A DNA stretch of 64,000 nt from Octopus sinensis (lineage: Eukaryota), in assembly GCF_006345805.1 (NCBI RefSeq), contig NC_043020.1, forward strand, positions 23,250,001-23,314,000, given 5' to 3'. The position numbers and the translations under genes were made by a program. Of this stretch, positions 1 to 12,990 are shown one piece after another (within the stretch, counting starts at the first letter, position 1; the number at the start of each line of letters is the position of its first letter). The notes beneath the pieces were generated by a model. The model saw nothing but the letters and a program-made list of their open reading frames with translations. It ran no database searches and was not told the DNA's origin.

Positions 1-124
1 ACAGTGCTCATATGCAATATGTATATGTATATAGGTGAATATATGCATATATATATATATAAATATAAATATGTATGTATATATATATATATACATATAT
101 ATTATGTATAATATACATATATAC

Positions 125-155
<31 letters not shown>

Positions 156-428
156 TATATATATTTATATACATACATATATATATATATGATATACATA
201 ATAAATAAATAATATATATTTTATATTATATTATATATATGTATGTATATATCTATATATATACACACATACTTATGTATATATATACATATATATAAAA
301 TATTTATATACATACATATATATATAGCATAATATAATATAAATAAATATATATATATATTATTTATATTATATATATGTATACAAATCTATCTATCTAT
401 ATATATATGTATATGCATACATGAAGTA

Positions 429-470
<42 letters not shown>
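1..470. repeat. (TA)n/(TG)n microsatellite-rich tract
   Basis: Direct reading; the YI/IY-rich ORFs here are microsatellite translations. Confidence 0.95.
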
Positions 471-474
<4 letters not shown>

Positions 475-988
475 TATATTCACCTATATACTTATGCATA
501 CACACATACCCACATGCACAAATATATTAAAAATATGCTAAAAGGACATTCGATAAAGACAAGAGAAAGTTATACTGTATAAGATTATGTCGGCTGATAT
601 ATAAATTTTGTTGTTTTTTGCTGAAAATGGAACACTAAAAGTAAACGGTTGTTATTTGCTGTTTTCAATTTGATAGAGATAATAGTTTGTGTGGATAGGT
701 GTAGGAGGAGGAAGGTGGAAGATTTGGAAGATGAGGAGGAGGAGGAGGAAGAAGAAGAAAGCAGCGGAAAGAATTGGTTGGTGTGTGTGGGGTGTAGTGT
801 CGCGGAAGAAGTTCAAAGTAAAAGGAGACAAAGAGAGAAAAACCGTCTCGAAGAGAAAATTTGAGAGGAAATGAGAAGGGGGAAGGAAATGGAATACGGG
901 GAAAGGTAAATAAGAGAAAACAGACAGAGAGACTGACAGACACATAGATAGAACTATTGAGACAGATGGGTAGATAGATAGATAGGTA

Positions 989-1045
<57 letters not shown>

Positions 1046-1059
1046 ATATATGTATGTAT

Positions 1060-1265
1060 GGGAAATCTTTATGAAAATAGACAAAAGACGAAGGCAAGTT
1101 TACGGAAATAAACAAAAGACGAAGGCAGGTGGTATACAAACAAACAATTGTATTAGTATGGCGCTCAGGAATAAATAAAAACAAAAGTCTTTAACGTTTC
1201 GAGCCTACGCTCTTCAACAGAAAATAGACAGAGAAGAAACAGAGAAAGAAGGAAGAGAAAAAAAT
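1060..1265 (-). mobile_element. Penelope-like (PLE) terminal fragment with variant hammerhead motif at 1189-1223
   Basis: Reverse complement reads TTT-CTGTTGA-A-GAGC-GTAG-GCTC-GAAA-CGT-T-AAAG. Related tails occur at 46770-46945 and 63390-63560, all abutting (TA)n. PLE assignment is inferred from the HHR-type motif. Confidence 0.55.
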
Positions 1266-1453
1266 GCGTGCAGAGGCTAGCGAATCAACATGGCGACAAA
1301 CATATATGTATGTATGTATGTATGTATGCATGTATGTATGTATGTATGTATGTATGTATGTATGTATGTATGTATGTATGTAGTATTATTATTATTAGCA
1401 TTATTATTATTATTATAATTATTACTATTATTACTATTATTATTATTATTATA

Positions 1454-1843
1454 GGCTGTGTGGTAAGTAGCTTGCTTACCAACCACATGGTTCCGGGTTC
1501 AGTCCCAATACATCTTGGCATCTTGGGCAAGTGTCTTCTGCTATAGCCCCGGGCCGACCAATGCCTTGTGAGTGGATTTGGTAGACGGAAACTGAAAGAA
1601 GCCTGTCGTATATATGTATATATATATATATGTATGTGTTTGTGTTTGTCCCCTCAGCATTGCTTGACAACCGATGCTGGTGTGTTTACGTCCCCGTCAC
1701 TTAGCGGTTCGGCAAAAGACACCGATAGAATAAGTACTGGGCTTACAAAGAATAAGTCCCGGGGTCGATTTGCTCGACTAAAGGCGGTGCTCCAGCATGG
1801 CTGCAGTCAAATGACTGAAACAAGTAAAAGAGTAAAAGAGAGA

Positions 1844-1845
<2 letters not shown>
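1454..1845 (+). mobile_element. SINE family A (tRNA-derived head + (TA)n(TG)n linker + conserved tail)
   Basis: A-box-like GGCTGTGTGGTAAG, B-box-like GGTTCAGTCCC, tail ending AAGTAAAAGAGTAAAAGAG; at least 13 copies in the window. Octopus SINE families OK/OR1/OR2 are known, but I cannot assign the name without alignment. Confidence 0.9.
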
Positions 1846-1903
<58 letters not shown>

Positions 1904-1914
1904 GTTATTATTAT

Positions 1915-2012
1915 TGAAATGCTTAGCAGTATTTCACCTGTCGCTACGATCTGAGTTCAAATTCAGCCGAGGTCATCTTTACCTTTCATCCTTACGGGAT
2001 CGGTAAATTAGG
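1915..2012 (+). mobile_element. SINE family B fragment
   Basis: GAGTTCAAATTCAGCCGAGGTC...TTTCATCC...GGTAAATTA matches the full copy at 13708-13943. Confidence 0.75.
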
Positions 2013-2073
2013 TATATACATACATACATACATACATACATACATACATACATACAATACATATACTCTTTTC

Positions 2074-2470
2074 TTTTCTTTTACTCTTTTACTTGTTTCA
2101 GTCATTTGACCGCGGCAATGCTGGAGCACCGCCTTTAGTCGAGCGAATCGACCCGGGACTTATTCTTTGTAAGCCCAGTACTTATTCTATCGGTCTCTTT
2201 TGCCGAACCGCTAAGTGACGGGGACGTAAACACACCAGCATCGGCTAGAGGGACAAACACAGACACATAAACATACACACACACACACATATATATATAC
2301 ATATATACGACAGGCTTCTTTCAGTTTCCGTCTACCAAATCCACTCACAAGGCATTGGTCGGCCTGGGGCTATAGCAGAAGACACTTGCCCAAGATGCCA
2401 CGCAGTGGGACTGAACCCGGAACCATGTGGTTGGTTAGCAAGCTACTTACCACACAGCCACTCCTGCGCC
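2074..2470 (-). mobile_element. SINE family A, full length
   Basis: Reverse complement of 1454-1845, including head, linker and tail. Confidence 0.9.
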
Positions 2471-2486
2471 TATATATATATATATG

Positions 2487-3715
2487 TTTGGTGTATATGT
2501 TGAGGCTTATATGTACTTGTGGGTGTGTGTGAGTGGGGTGGGAGTTTGTATTTGTTATGGGTGTGTGGTTTACGAGTGGTTTGGTGTGTGAATGTATAGG
2601 TTAAAGGAATTGCTATATAAGTATGTTTTAGTGTTTAGTAAAGGGAGGTTTTATCATTTCTGTTTTGTGAGTTTTAGATTATCATGGTAGTTTTATAAAT
2701 GAATCCATTCATAATTTTGTGTTTATTTGTCTGTGTGGGGTTGAGTGGGTTTTTTGGAGTATATGTTGAGGTTTATATGTATGTATTGGTATGTGTAAGT
2801 GGTGTGGGGTATTTGTATATGTCGTGGGTGTGTGGTTTACGTGTGTGTATTTGTGTGTGAATGTTTAGGTTAGGGGGATTGCTATATAGGTTTGTTATAG
2901 AGTTTTAGTAAAGGGAGATTTTATCATTATATATTTTTATGAGTTTTGGTTATCATGGTAGGTTTGATAAGGAATTTGTAGTAATTTGTGTCTATTTGCG
3001 ATGTCTGTTGTTTTATTGCATTGTTTCATTCATAATTTTTAAGTAGTGTTCGTTTTACCAAGTGTATATAATTTTTAATTCCATTTTTTCCCATTTCTCC
3101 GTTCATAGTTTTGAGTGATGTCCGTTTTTTAGAGCGTGAATGTGGGTTGTATGTGTGTGGTGGTGGGAGTATGAATAAGTATTGTGGTTGAAGTATTTAG
3201 CTATTTTATTTATTTATAGTTGCCTAGACATTTTTATGTGTATGTATAGGATATATATATAGGTGTGTGATTTAGTGTATGTAGTTAGATATGGTTATAT
3301 ATAATTAGGTATATGCGTATGGGTGTATATATAGTTTATTATTATATTATTATTATTTTTTTTGTTTTGTTTTATATTTTATATTTTATATTTTATATTT
3401 TATATTTTATATTTAATTGTTGATAGGTTTTTTTAGTTTATATTGGTTTATATATATGTTTATATATGGATTATAGATAGGTTATATATGGATTATATAC
3501 TTATATTTTTTCATTCATACTTTAATTATTTTAAAATTATTATTTTTATATTTTAAAATATTGATTTTTTAGATTGGACCACCTGAAGATTGTCGATCGA
3601 GACAAGAAACGATTGTAGTGGCGGTTTTTTTGACTATTTATTAAAATTTATGTATTGATTAAGTCTTTCCTTGTTTGTTTTGCAAAATAGTGGTTTTGTC
3701 TCGAATAATATTTTA
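2487..3715. mobile_element. Probable Penelope-like element remnant (G/T-skewed body with about 266-bp diverged direct repeat, ending in an HHR-bearing pLTR-like tail)
   Basis: Strong strand skew; duplicated blocks start at about 2487 and 2753; hammerhead at 3579-3621; the tail 3640-3715 recurs inverted at 26985-27060. No RT motif is visible. Confidence 0.5.
3579..3621 (+). ncRNA. Minimal type I hammerhead ribozyme motif
   Basis: CCAC-CUGAAGA-UUGUC(GAUCGA)GACAA-GAAA-C(GAUU)G-UA|GUGG. Intact CUGANGA/GAAA/NUH core, 4-bp stem I, 5-bp stem II, predicted cleavage after A3617. Confidence 0.8.
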
Positions 3716-3792
3716 TAATATTTTACTATAAAATCGATTTAATCATAAATCTGATTTTTCCCTGTAATTTGGATTTATTCCCTAATATTTAT

Positions 3793-3847
<55 letters not shown>

Positions 3848-3942
3848 TATATTATATTAAATTAGAGATTTATACTATAAAATTGGATTTAATCCTAAAT
3901 CTAATTTTTCCTGTAAGTTTGGATTTATTCTGTAATATTATT

Positions 3943-3973
<31 letters not shown>

Positions 3974-5379
3974 ACACATACATAGAAACATATATAAATA
4001 AATGAATAAGTAAATAAATAAATATATGTATATATATATATATATGTATACATGTACATGTATATATTCCTTTATTATTTTACTTGTTTCAGTTATATAC
4101 ACGCAATCGCACACACGCACACACACATATATCATTATGCGTGTATGTGATTACACAAATATGCATATATATTTATATTTATACTTGCAAGCGCACATGT
4201 CCTTTTGACGATTTAATTTGGCTTTTGTGGTATTTTCCTAACCAAATAATTGAACTACCAAAGAGGTTTATGAATAGCACGACAATCTGTGTTTCCGATT
4301 AAATTAGAAACAGAAAATAAAATTGAAGTCTGGTTACTGTGTGTTTGTTGCACTTTAATGATCATTAAAGAGACGGTTATTATATTTGCAAGCGATGCAA
4401 AGTAGAGCTACTGAAGTGTCTTGGGAGTAGATTACGGTTAAGGAAAACAAAATATAATTCTTTTACATGAAAGCGAATTTTCTTGTCAAAAACAACTACA
4501 GAAATGGTGTAAGAAGATTGAATGTAGCCTTTGAAACTTCCTCTCTTCGAGTTCGTTGTATCCAACAGCAAAGGAAGCCATTTGTTTGGAGAGATAATCC
4601 AATAAAAGCCCCTTTATTCTGTCTTCCAGCATAGCCTGCACATAAACAAACAGCGAATGCCGCGCAAGGTTAAATTAATATGGAGCTTTCTGAAAGATAG
4701 TATAGCCTTCGCTAGTGGAAGCAAAACTCCTATTAAAGGTTGATTCTTGGGGACGAATCATATGTAATTGTTTTAAAAAGGGCTAGAACAGTAATGCTAA
4801 AACGTATTTGAAACAAGGACAACAGTCGAAATATTATAATGGATGGGTAAATAAGCATCCTGAAGGTGAAACGATAGAATCAAAAGTAAATAAATGTATC
4901 ACAAACTAGGAGAGAGAGAAAGGGACATCACCTTTCAAGTAACTCAGAATAGGTAAAGGTAAGTTTAATACAGTTTAAATATGTAGATTAAGATAGTTTG
5001 GTATTGGATATTCATCGCGTATAATGTTTCTAGTCAATTGAAACAACGTCGAAGGTGGACAGCGGAAATAGACAAAATACTTTCACTTTTTTATAAAATG
5101 ATTTAAAAAGTATATAAGACCCTACATACAAACATCTAAATGTATTTACGTCCAAATACACGGAGCTCTGGGCAAAATGTAAAAGTGCATGACCATTGGG
5201 GAGACATAAGTAATTTGTGTGTAAAGTTAGGTGAAAATCGGTTGATAATTGTGGGAATGTATGAGTTAGTCATTATACACATACTGCGATTTATACTAGA
5301 TAATGCTGTGCATGTAGGCATGCATATACATATGCTTACAAAATAAATATATAAATATAAATATAATATACATCTTTTA

Positions 5380-5424
<45 letters not shown>

Positions 5425-5464
5425 TCGTTTTCATTTATTAGAACTGCTGCCATTCTTATTAAGC

Positions 5465-5736
5465 TTGACACTTATTCTATCAGTATCTTTTGCTGAGCCG
5501 TTAAGTTACGAGGATGTAAACACACCATCACCGACTGTTAAGTGGTGGCGTTGTACAAACGCAGCAGAAATACAATCACACAGATACTCACGCACACTCA
5601 CACACACACACACACACATACACACACGCATGTGTGTGTCTATAAAATTCACTTACAAGGTCTTGGTTCGGACTAGACTATAATGGATGATACCAGCACA
5701 AGCTTCCTACCATACAACCACACAGCCATGCCTGCG

Positions 5737-5740
<4 letters not shown>
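5465..5740 (-). mobile_element. SINE family A, degenerate and internally deleted
   Basis: Tail match (CTTATTCTATCAGTATCTTTTGCTGAGCCG) and head remnant (CCACACAGCCATGCCTGCGCC). Confidence 0.75.
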
Positions 5741-5808
<68 letters not shown>

Positions 5809-6637
5809 CATATATATATATATAGTGTGTGTGAGTGTATAAACACTTATGTGCATATGTGTTTTATGGATGTGTGTGTGTACATGTGGATCTCCGTCGT
5901 CCAGCGGTGAGGGTCCATTTGTTTGATCGTTCCATCAACTAAATTACTTGTTCCACCATTTATGTCTGCATGGCTGAGTACTGCACAGTGATATGTTCTT
6001 CCCCTAATTTTATCGTCAGCGTGTTCGAATTGCACCTGAAAGACACATAAACTAATGTAGTCCTAGATACATTAAGCCATCCATAAAAAGGCGGGATAGT
6101 TTCAGCAGGAAAACCTTTGATTAACAGTTACTTAATTGAAAACTGAGCCTTCTACGCAGTAAGTATATAATCAATTGCAATCGGAACATGTGGACTATCC
6201 CGTGTATGTAGGAAATGATGCGTTTCCAACGTGCCAAGCGGTGCATTGAATCCGTGGGTTGCAAGTGAAATTCTTGAATATTTGGGCACGCTGCACCTAC
6301 ACACACTCACACATACACGTCTTTCTGACTTTGCCCACATACTAGTGAAACAAAGCAAACTTGCACACATGCACGCACACATACATGCATGTAGGCCAAT
6401 ATGTAAGGTCACGTATCATGGCATTTATGAAGATATGTATGTATGTATGTATGTATTTATAACTAATGTAGGATAAAATTTTTTTCGGGATAAAAATTTT
6501 ATCAATGGTTAGCATATCAAAAAATACCTTTAAAGGTTAAATTTATAAAAAATTTATAAGATAAGGGCAAAAGAAAAATTCTAATGCCAAATATGCCGAA
6601 AAAAAAGACAAAAATTGTCAATTGTCAAAACTTGTCA

Positions 6638-6668
<31 letters not shown>

Positions 6669-6797
6669 TGTATGTATGTATGTATGTATGTATGTATGTA
6701 TGTATCTATCTATCTATCAATCTATCTATCTATCTATCTATCTATCTATATATATATATATATATATAATATATATATTATATATATATATATAATA

Positions 6798-6972
6798 GGT
6801 GCAGGAGTGGCTACGTGGTAAGTAGCTTGCTTATGAACCACATGGTTCCAGTTTCAGGTCCCACGGCGTGGCACCTTGGGCAAGTGTCTTCTACTATAGC
6901 CTCGTGCCGACCAAAGCCTTGAGTGGATTTGGTAGACGGAAACTGAAGAAGCCCGTCGTCTATATGTATATA

Positions 6973-7012
<40 letters not shown>

Positions 7013-7295
7013 TTATATATGTGCGTGCGTGCGTGGTGTGTGTGTGTGTGTGTGTGTGCATGTGTGCGTGTGGTGTGTATTTGTGTGTCTGTGCTTGTCC
7101 CGCCAACATCGCTTAACAACCGATGCTGTGTGTTTACGTCTCCGTAACTTAACGGTTCGGCAAAAGAAACCGATGGAATGAGTACTAGTCTTACAAAGAA
7201 TAACTCCTGGGATCGATTTTCTTGATCGACTAAAGGCGACGCTCCTTCATGGCCGCAGTCAAATGACCGGAACAAGTAAATGTGTAAAAGAGTAA
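6798..7295 (+). mobile_element. SINE family A, full length
   Basis: Head GGTGCAGGAGTGGCTACGTGGTAAG, expanded TA/TG linker, tail ending GTAAAAGAGTAAAGAG. Confidence 0.9.
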
Positions 7296-7538
7296 AGAGT
7301 TAACATATTTTATATATATATATATATATATTATATAACTGTGTTGCAAGATCTCTGATTTGAAATCGTGTCGTGTGTCGAAACAGATATTTTTGTATTT
7401 CGGGACGGTCTTTTTTTTTCTGGCAAATAAACACACGCACTATATATTTTTTCTTCACTCGTGTAGAAGCTGAGAAGATGTGGCTGAGGGGAAGGGCGCA
7501 CTGCTGCTAAAAATTATGATACACACACACAAGCATAC

Positions 7539-7576
<38 letters not shown>

Positions 7577-8045
7577 CACACACACACACACACACACTTA
7601 CTCACACACACGCACACAAACGAACAAACAAGGACACAAAGATATGCGCACATAAGGATACACATCTTACAACAACAGAATGGAGTAACTGGAAAAAGAA
7701 CACACACGGAAGCGAAAAGTGTCGCTGAAGAGGTCACAGATGTGTGACGAAAGATTTTCGAACAATGGACAATGAACGATTATATAATAAAACAAGAACA
7801 GGAAGTAACGACTGAAGAAAAAAATATATATAGTGCAATATGCATGCAACCCATAGCCGTACACATATACATATGTTTGAATGCGTATATTTTTTTTTCC
7901 TTTAAAAGCAAAAGTTGGAATGGAATATAGCGAAGAAAAAAATAATAGTGAAGAGATGAAAGAAATATAGTGTTTAACATATATCTATAACAAGCAAGCA
8001 TATAAATAGTATAAACATATGTATGCATGTATGTATGCATGTGTG

Positions 8046-8158
<113 letters not shown>

Positions 8159-8163
8159 GTATG

Positions 8164-8200
<37 letters not shown>

Positions 8201-8242
8201 TATAGTAGAGAGAGAGAGAGAGAGAGATAACACAAATACACA

Positions 8243-8282
<40 letters not shown>

Positions 8283-8774
8283 TTATGTAGATGCACACAT
8301 ATGCGTGTTTATCACCCGAAGAGTTTGAGTGTGAGGGAGTGAGAGAATGTGAGATTGTGAGAGGGATGCGTATCCGAAGAAGAGAGAGAGACAGACAGAC
8401 AGAGTGATAGAGAGAGATTGTACAATTGCGCGTTGGTGTATATGAGAGAGCGGGCTCTTGTAGTAGAATGAACAATTCGTGTGCATCGTTGTTGCAGAGT
8501 GGCTGCTGCTGTCAGCCTACAAGTAGAATTCTTCTCGACCAATAAACGTCTGGTCTTACTTTTAACCACACAACCCGGATTTGTGCGACTTTCGTATGTT
8601 TATTTTCCGAAAACTTTCTGCACACATTACTGCCATGGAGGTTCAAAGCAGTGTTTTAAAACACGAGGAATAGATTTCTGGAAGCGAAAAAGACGTATAT
8701 ACACAAACAAATAGATACATATACACACATACGTACATACATACATTCACACTTACATATACACATACACATAC

Positions 8775-8846
<72 letters not shown>

Positions 8847-8989
8847 CCATAAGTACATATACATATACAAACACACATATCTAGATACATATATACATAT
8901 ACATATACACACATTTACATACATATATATAAATATACATACACATACGAACACATATATACATATTTCTCTCACTTTCCCATTCTCCT

Positions 8990-9048
<59 letters not shown>

Positions 9049-9317
9049 GCATGTGTAGATGGATATATTCAGAGAACGATAGTTAGGTATATTGATACAC
9101 ATAAGTTACAAAGACAGGAAAATACACACACACTACGTGCAACGCATGCAAGAACGCATTAACATACACGCACATTCATTCATATACACTCTCTCACGCA
9201 TACACACACACAAACACACACGTTTGATTTATTTTGTATGCGTGTGTAGTTATATATCTGTTTAAGAATTTGAAAGCCAAACGTAACGAAATATACATAC
9301 ACACGTATATTTACATG

Positions 9318-9350
<33 letters not shown>

Positions 9351-10124
9351 TCATATATAATTGAATAAATAATTATATATATATACGCACACACACACGC
9401 ATACACACATACACAAACCTACATAGAAGTTTGTGGGATTTTAGAGAAGATATTCACACACACAAACACACATATATGTAAAAAAATATGATTGAATAAT
9501 AGCAAAAGGACTCCTCTATGTCTATATATTGTTAATAAAACATGCTTTCCACCCAGTAAGTCGATGTAATGTAAAGAGACGGTTATTTTAGGAAATTTTG
9601 TGAGCAGACGATAGGAAGAAAAAAAACGATAGAATATCAATCAAAGCGCGGTAAAAAGTTGTGCGTTTGTAGAAATAGTAACAGCAGTTGTAATAGTAGT
9701 AGAAATAATAACAATAATAATATAATATTCTGCTTTAAGAACAACATTGAATGTATATATATATATTCTAGACACACATTTATATATATATGTTTGTAGA
9801 CACACATTTATATATATATATGTGTGTATATGTATATATATACGAGTAGTTTGTGAGTAAACACTTATACTGAAAGACTGATTAGCAAATAATTACAGGA
9901 GTATAATTCGGAATCGCGATATTGGTAGCTAAGTTCGGTCCAAGGATACATTCACGTACACAGACACACATACACAAACGCACGCACGCACGCAAGCAAA
10001 CGTGCGTGTACGCAAGCATACACGTGTACACACACACACACACGGTCACATACACGAACGCACAACACACGCATTCGTTTTCTATCTACCTATCAACTCC
10101 TTTCTCTGTCTACCTCTCTATCTT

Positions 10125-10160
<36 letters not shown>

Positions 10161-10178
10161 TATCTGTCTATCTATCTG

Positions 10179-10232
<54 letters not shown>

Positions 10233-10309
10233 GTTGCAACTCAAAGGTATTCAGCTAAATGAAAATAATTACGATCTTGCACGAGTGTTGAAACACGTCT
10301 CTCCTTCCA

Positions 10310-10453
<144 letters not shown>

Positions 10454-10468
10454 CTATCTATCTATCTA

Positions 10469-10542
<74 letters not shown>

Positions 10543-11154
10543 ATACCCAACTAGCTCTCCATTTATCCATGCAATCACAACCGTTTATACATACTTATGC
10601 ACTGTGAACTAACTTTAAACTGCAAAGGTAAGCGAACTTTTCCCATTTTTCTCTTCTCAACTTTTCCCGTATTTTTATTTTTTGCAGTTTTCCTTGTCAT
10701 TCTCGTTTTTCGTTCTTTTTTCCTTTTTTCTCCTTTTTTTAATTATCTATTGATGTTGTTAATATTGTTGGCTTTCGTATTTTTCTCTTGCTTTCAGATC
10801 TCCTCTAATTCTGAGACCTTTCCATTCATGACCATCTCGTCGATTTCTATATACAATGCTATATCTTTCACTATATATCGAATTTCTTCGTTTCGTTTTT
10901 TTTTCTTTTAACAGTGGTCTTTTGGTTGTTATTTCTAGCATGTCCAGAAATCGCGTAAAGATTCTGTTTTTGTTTATTTTCTTTGTATAAATGTTTGCTG
11001 TTGTTATTTTTCTTGTCATTAACGGAATTGTACCGGCTCCACTCTCAGTCAAACCTGGAATCTCAGTCCGGTTGACCGGAGTTGAATATCATCTTATATC
11101 GACGGGCATAAAAAACTTCCAACACTATCTTGTGAACCCTTATTACTTCAAACT

Positions 11155-11567
11155 GTACAGCACAAATTGAGGGACATCTAGCTGCTCCATCTGTTGGGTA
11201 ACTGCAGTGAGTCACGAACTGGTGACTCCTCAACATGTTTGCCAGATGCTCTATCAACTGTGCAACAGATGCCGTGGTTGCTATAGTTACCGTACAGCAT
11301 AAATTGAAGGGCATTTAGCTGCTACATCTGTTGGGTGCCTGCAGTGAGTCACGAACTGGTGACTCCTGAACACGTTTCCCAGATGCTCTATCGACTGCGC
11401 TACAGATGCTGTGGTTGCCATAGTTACCGTACAGCATAAATTGGAGGGCATTTAGCTGCTACATCTGTTGGGTGCCTGCAGTGAGTCACGAACCGGTGAC
11501 TCCTCAACGTGCTTCCCAGATGTTCTATCAACTGCGCTACAGATGCTGTGGTTGCTATAGTTACCGT
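11155..11567. repeat. Three tandem copies of a 137-bp unique-looking unit
   Basis: GTACAGCA starts at 11155, 11292 and 11429 (period 137). Each unit contains GAGTCAC-N6-GTGACTC and three CAGATG/CATCTG hexamers. Confidence 0.95.
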
Positions 11568-11799
11568 TAAATTATTGAATCTGTCGTAGTTGATTCACGC
11601 CAGGATCAGTTTTCATTTATGAAACTATTAACCAAAATTATTCCAACCGTGACCATCCTGCCCTTTATGAATGCTTTAATGTCTCTAGAACTACATTAGT
11701 TTTTGTATCTTTCATAAAGACGGTAGGGTGTGATTCGTCGGGGATTTGGTTGCTATGTCTCGCATGGCTATCGACTCTCCATACGGTAGACTCTCCATC

Positions 11800-12218
11800 G
11801 TGGTAGCAGTTGATGTTGTTGTTGCTGTTGTGTTTGTGATGGCGGCGGTGCTGGTGTTGGTGTTGGTGGTATTGGTGGTAGTGGTGGTGGTGGTAGTAAT
11901 AATGGTAGTTATAATTGCAGTTTAGTTGTTGTTGCTGTTGTCGTTGCTGTGGTCGTTATTGCTGTTGTTTCCTTACAATTATTCCCCCACCCCCATGTTG
12001 TTTGTAGTAGCTTTGTGGAAGCAGCTGCTGCGGCCAGTGGAGACGATGTTGCTGCTGATGATGATGGTGATGAGTACGATGAGGCTAGTGAAGTTGATGA
12101 TGGTGTTGGTGGCGGTGATGTTGTTGTCGGTGGCGGTGGTGGTGGTGACAGTGTGACGACGATGGTAATGATGATGATAATGATGATGATGATAATGATG
12201 ATAATGATGATGATGATG

Positions 12219-12251
<33 letters not shown>

Positions 12252-12622
12252 GTACGATGAGGCTGGTGATGATGATGATGGTGTCGCTGGCGTTGCTGTG
12301 GTTGTTGTTGTTGTTGGTGGTGGTAGTGGCGGTGATGTTGTCTGTGGTGGTGGTGGGGGGGGGGGGTCGTGGTGGTGGTGACATTGTGACAACGATGATA
12401 ATGATGATGATAATGATGTGTACGATGATTCTGGTGAGGATGATGATGGTATGGACGGCAGTGATGTTGTTGCTGTTGTTGTTGGTGGTGGTGGTGATGA
12501 CAATGTGTCGACGACGACGACGACGACGACGATGATGATGATGATGATGATGATGATGGTGATGTTAATGGTCAGGATGGTATGGATGGTTGTCGGAATG
12601 ATAACGATATCGTTGTGAGGGA

Positions 12623-12661
<39 letters not shown>

Positions 12662-12990
12662 GATGGCGATGATGATGATGATCTTGATAATGATGATGAT
12701 GGTCTTGATGGTGATGATGATGATGATCTTGATAATGATGATGATGGTCTTGATGGTGATGATGATGATGATCTTGATAATGATGATGATGGTCTTGATG
12801 GTGATGATGATGATGATCTTGATAATGATGATGATGGTCTTGATGGTGATGATGATGATGATCTTGATAATGATGATGATGGTCTTGATGGTGATGATGA
12901 TGATGATCTTGATAATGATGATGATGGTCTTGATGGTGATGATGATGTTGATGACGATAATCACGACTACCACGGTGATGATAATGCTGA
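11800..12990. repeat. GAT/GGT/GTT trinucleotide low-complexity tract with a 45-bp higher-order repeat (6 copies, about 12681-12950)
   Basis: ATCTTGATAA recurs at 12681, 12726, 12771, 12816, 12861 and 12906. Confidence 0.9.

Noticed and set aside
1454-1530. tRNA genes at SINE heads
   Set aside because: A and B boxes are present, but there is no complete cloverleaf or acceptor stem, and each head continues into a repeated SINE body.
10990-11170. Plus-strand 59-aa ORF MFAVVIFLVINGIVPAPLSVKPGISVRLT... resembling a BPI/LBP N-terminus
   Set aside because: Similarity is limited to PGISVRLT, the downstream KGLDY-type motif is absent, and the frame stops with no good donor.
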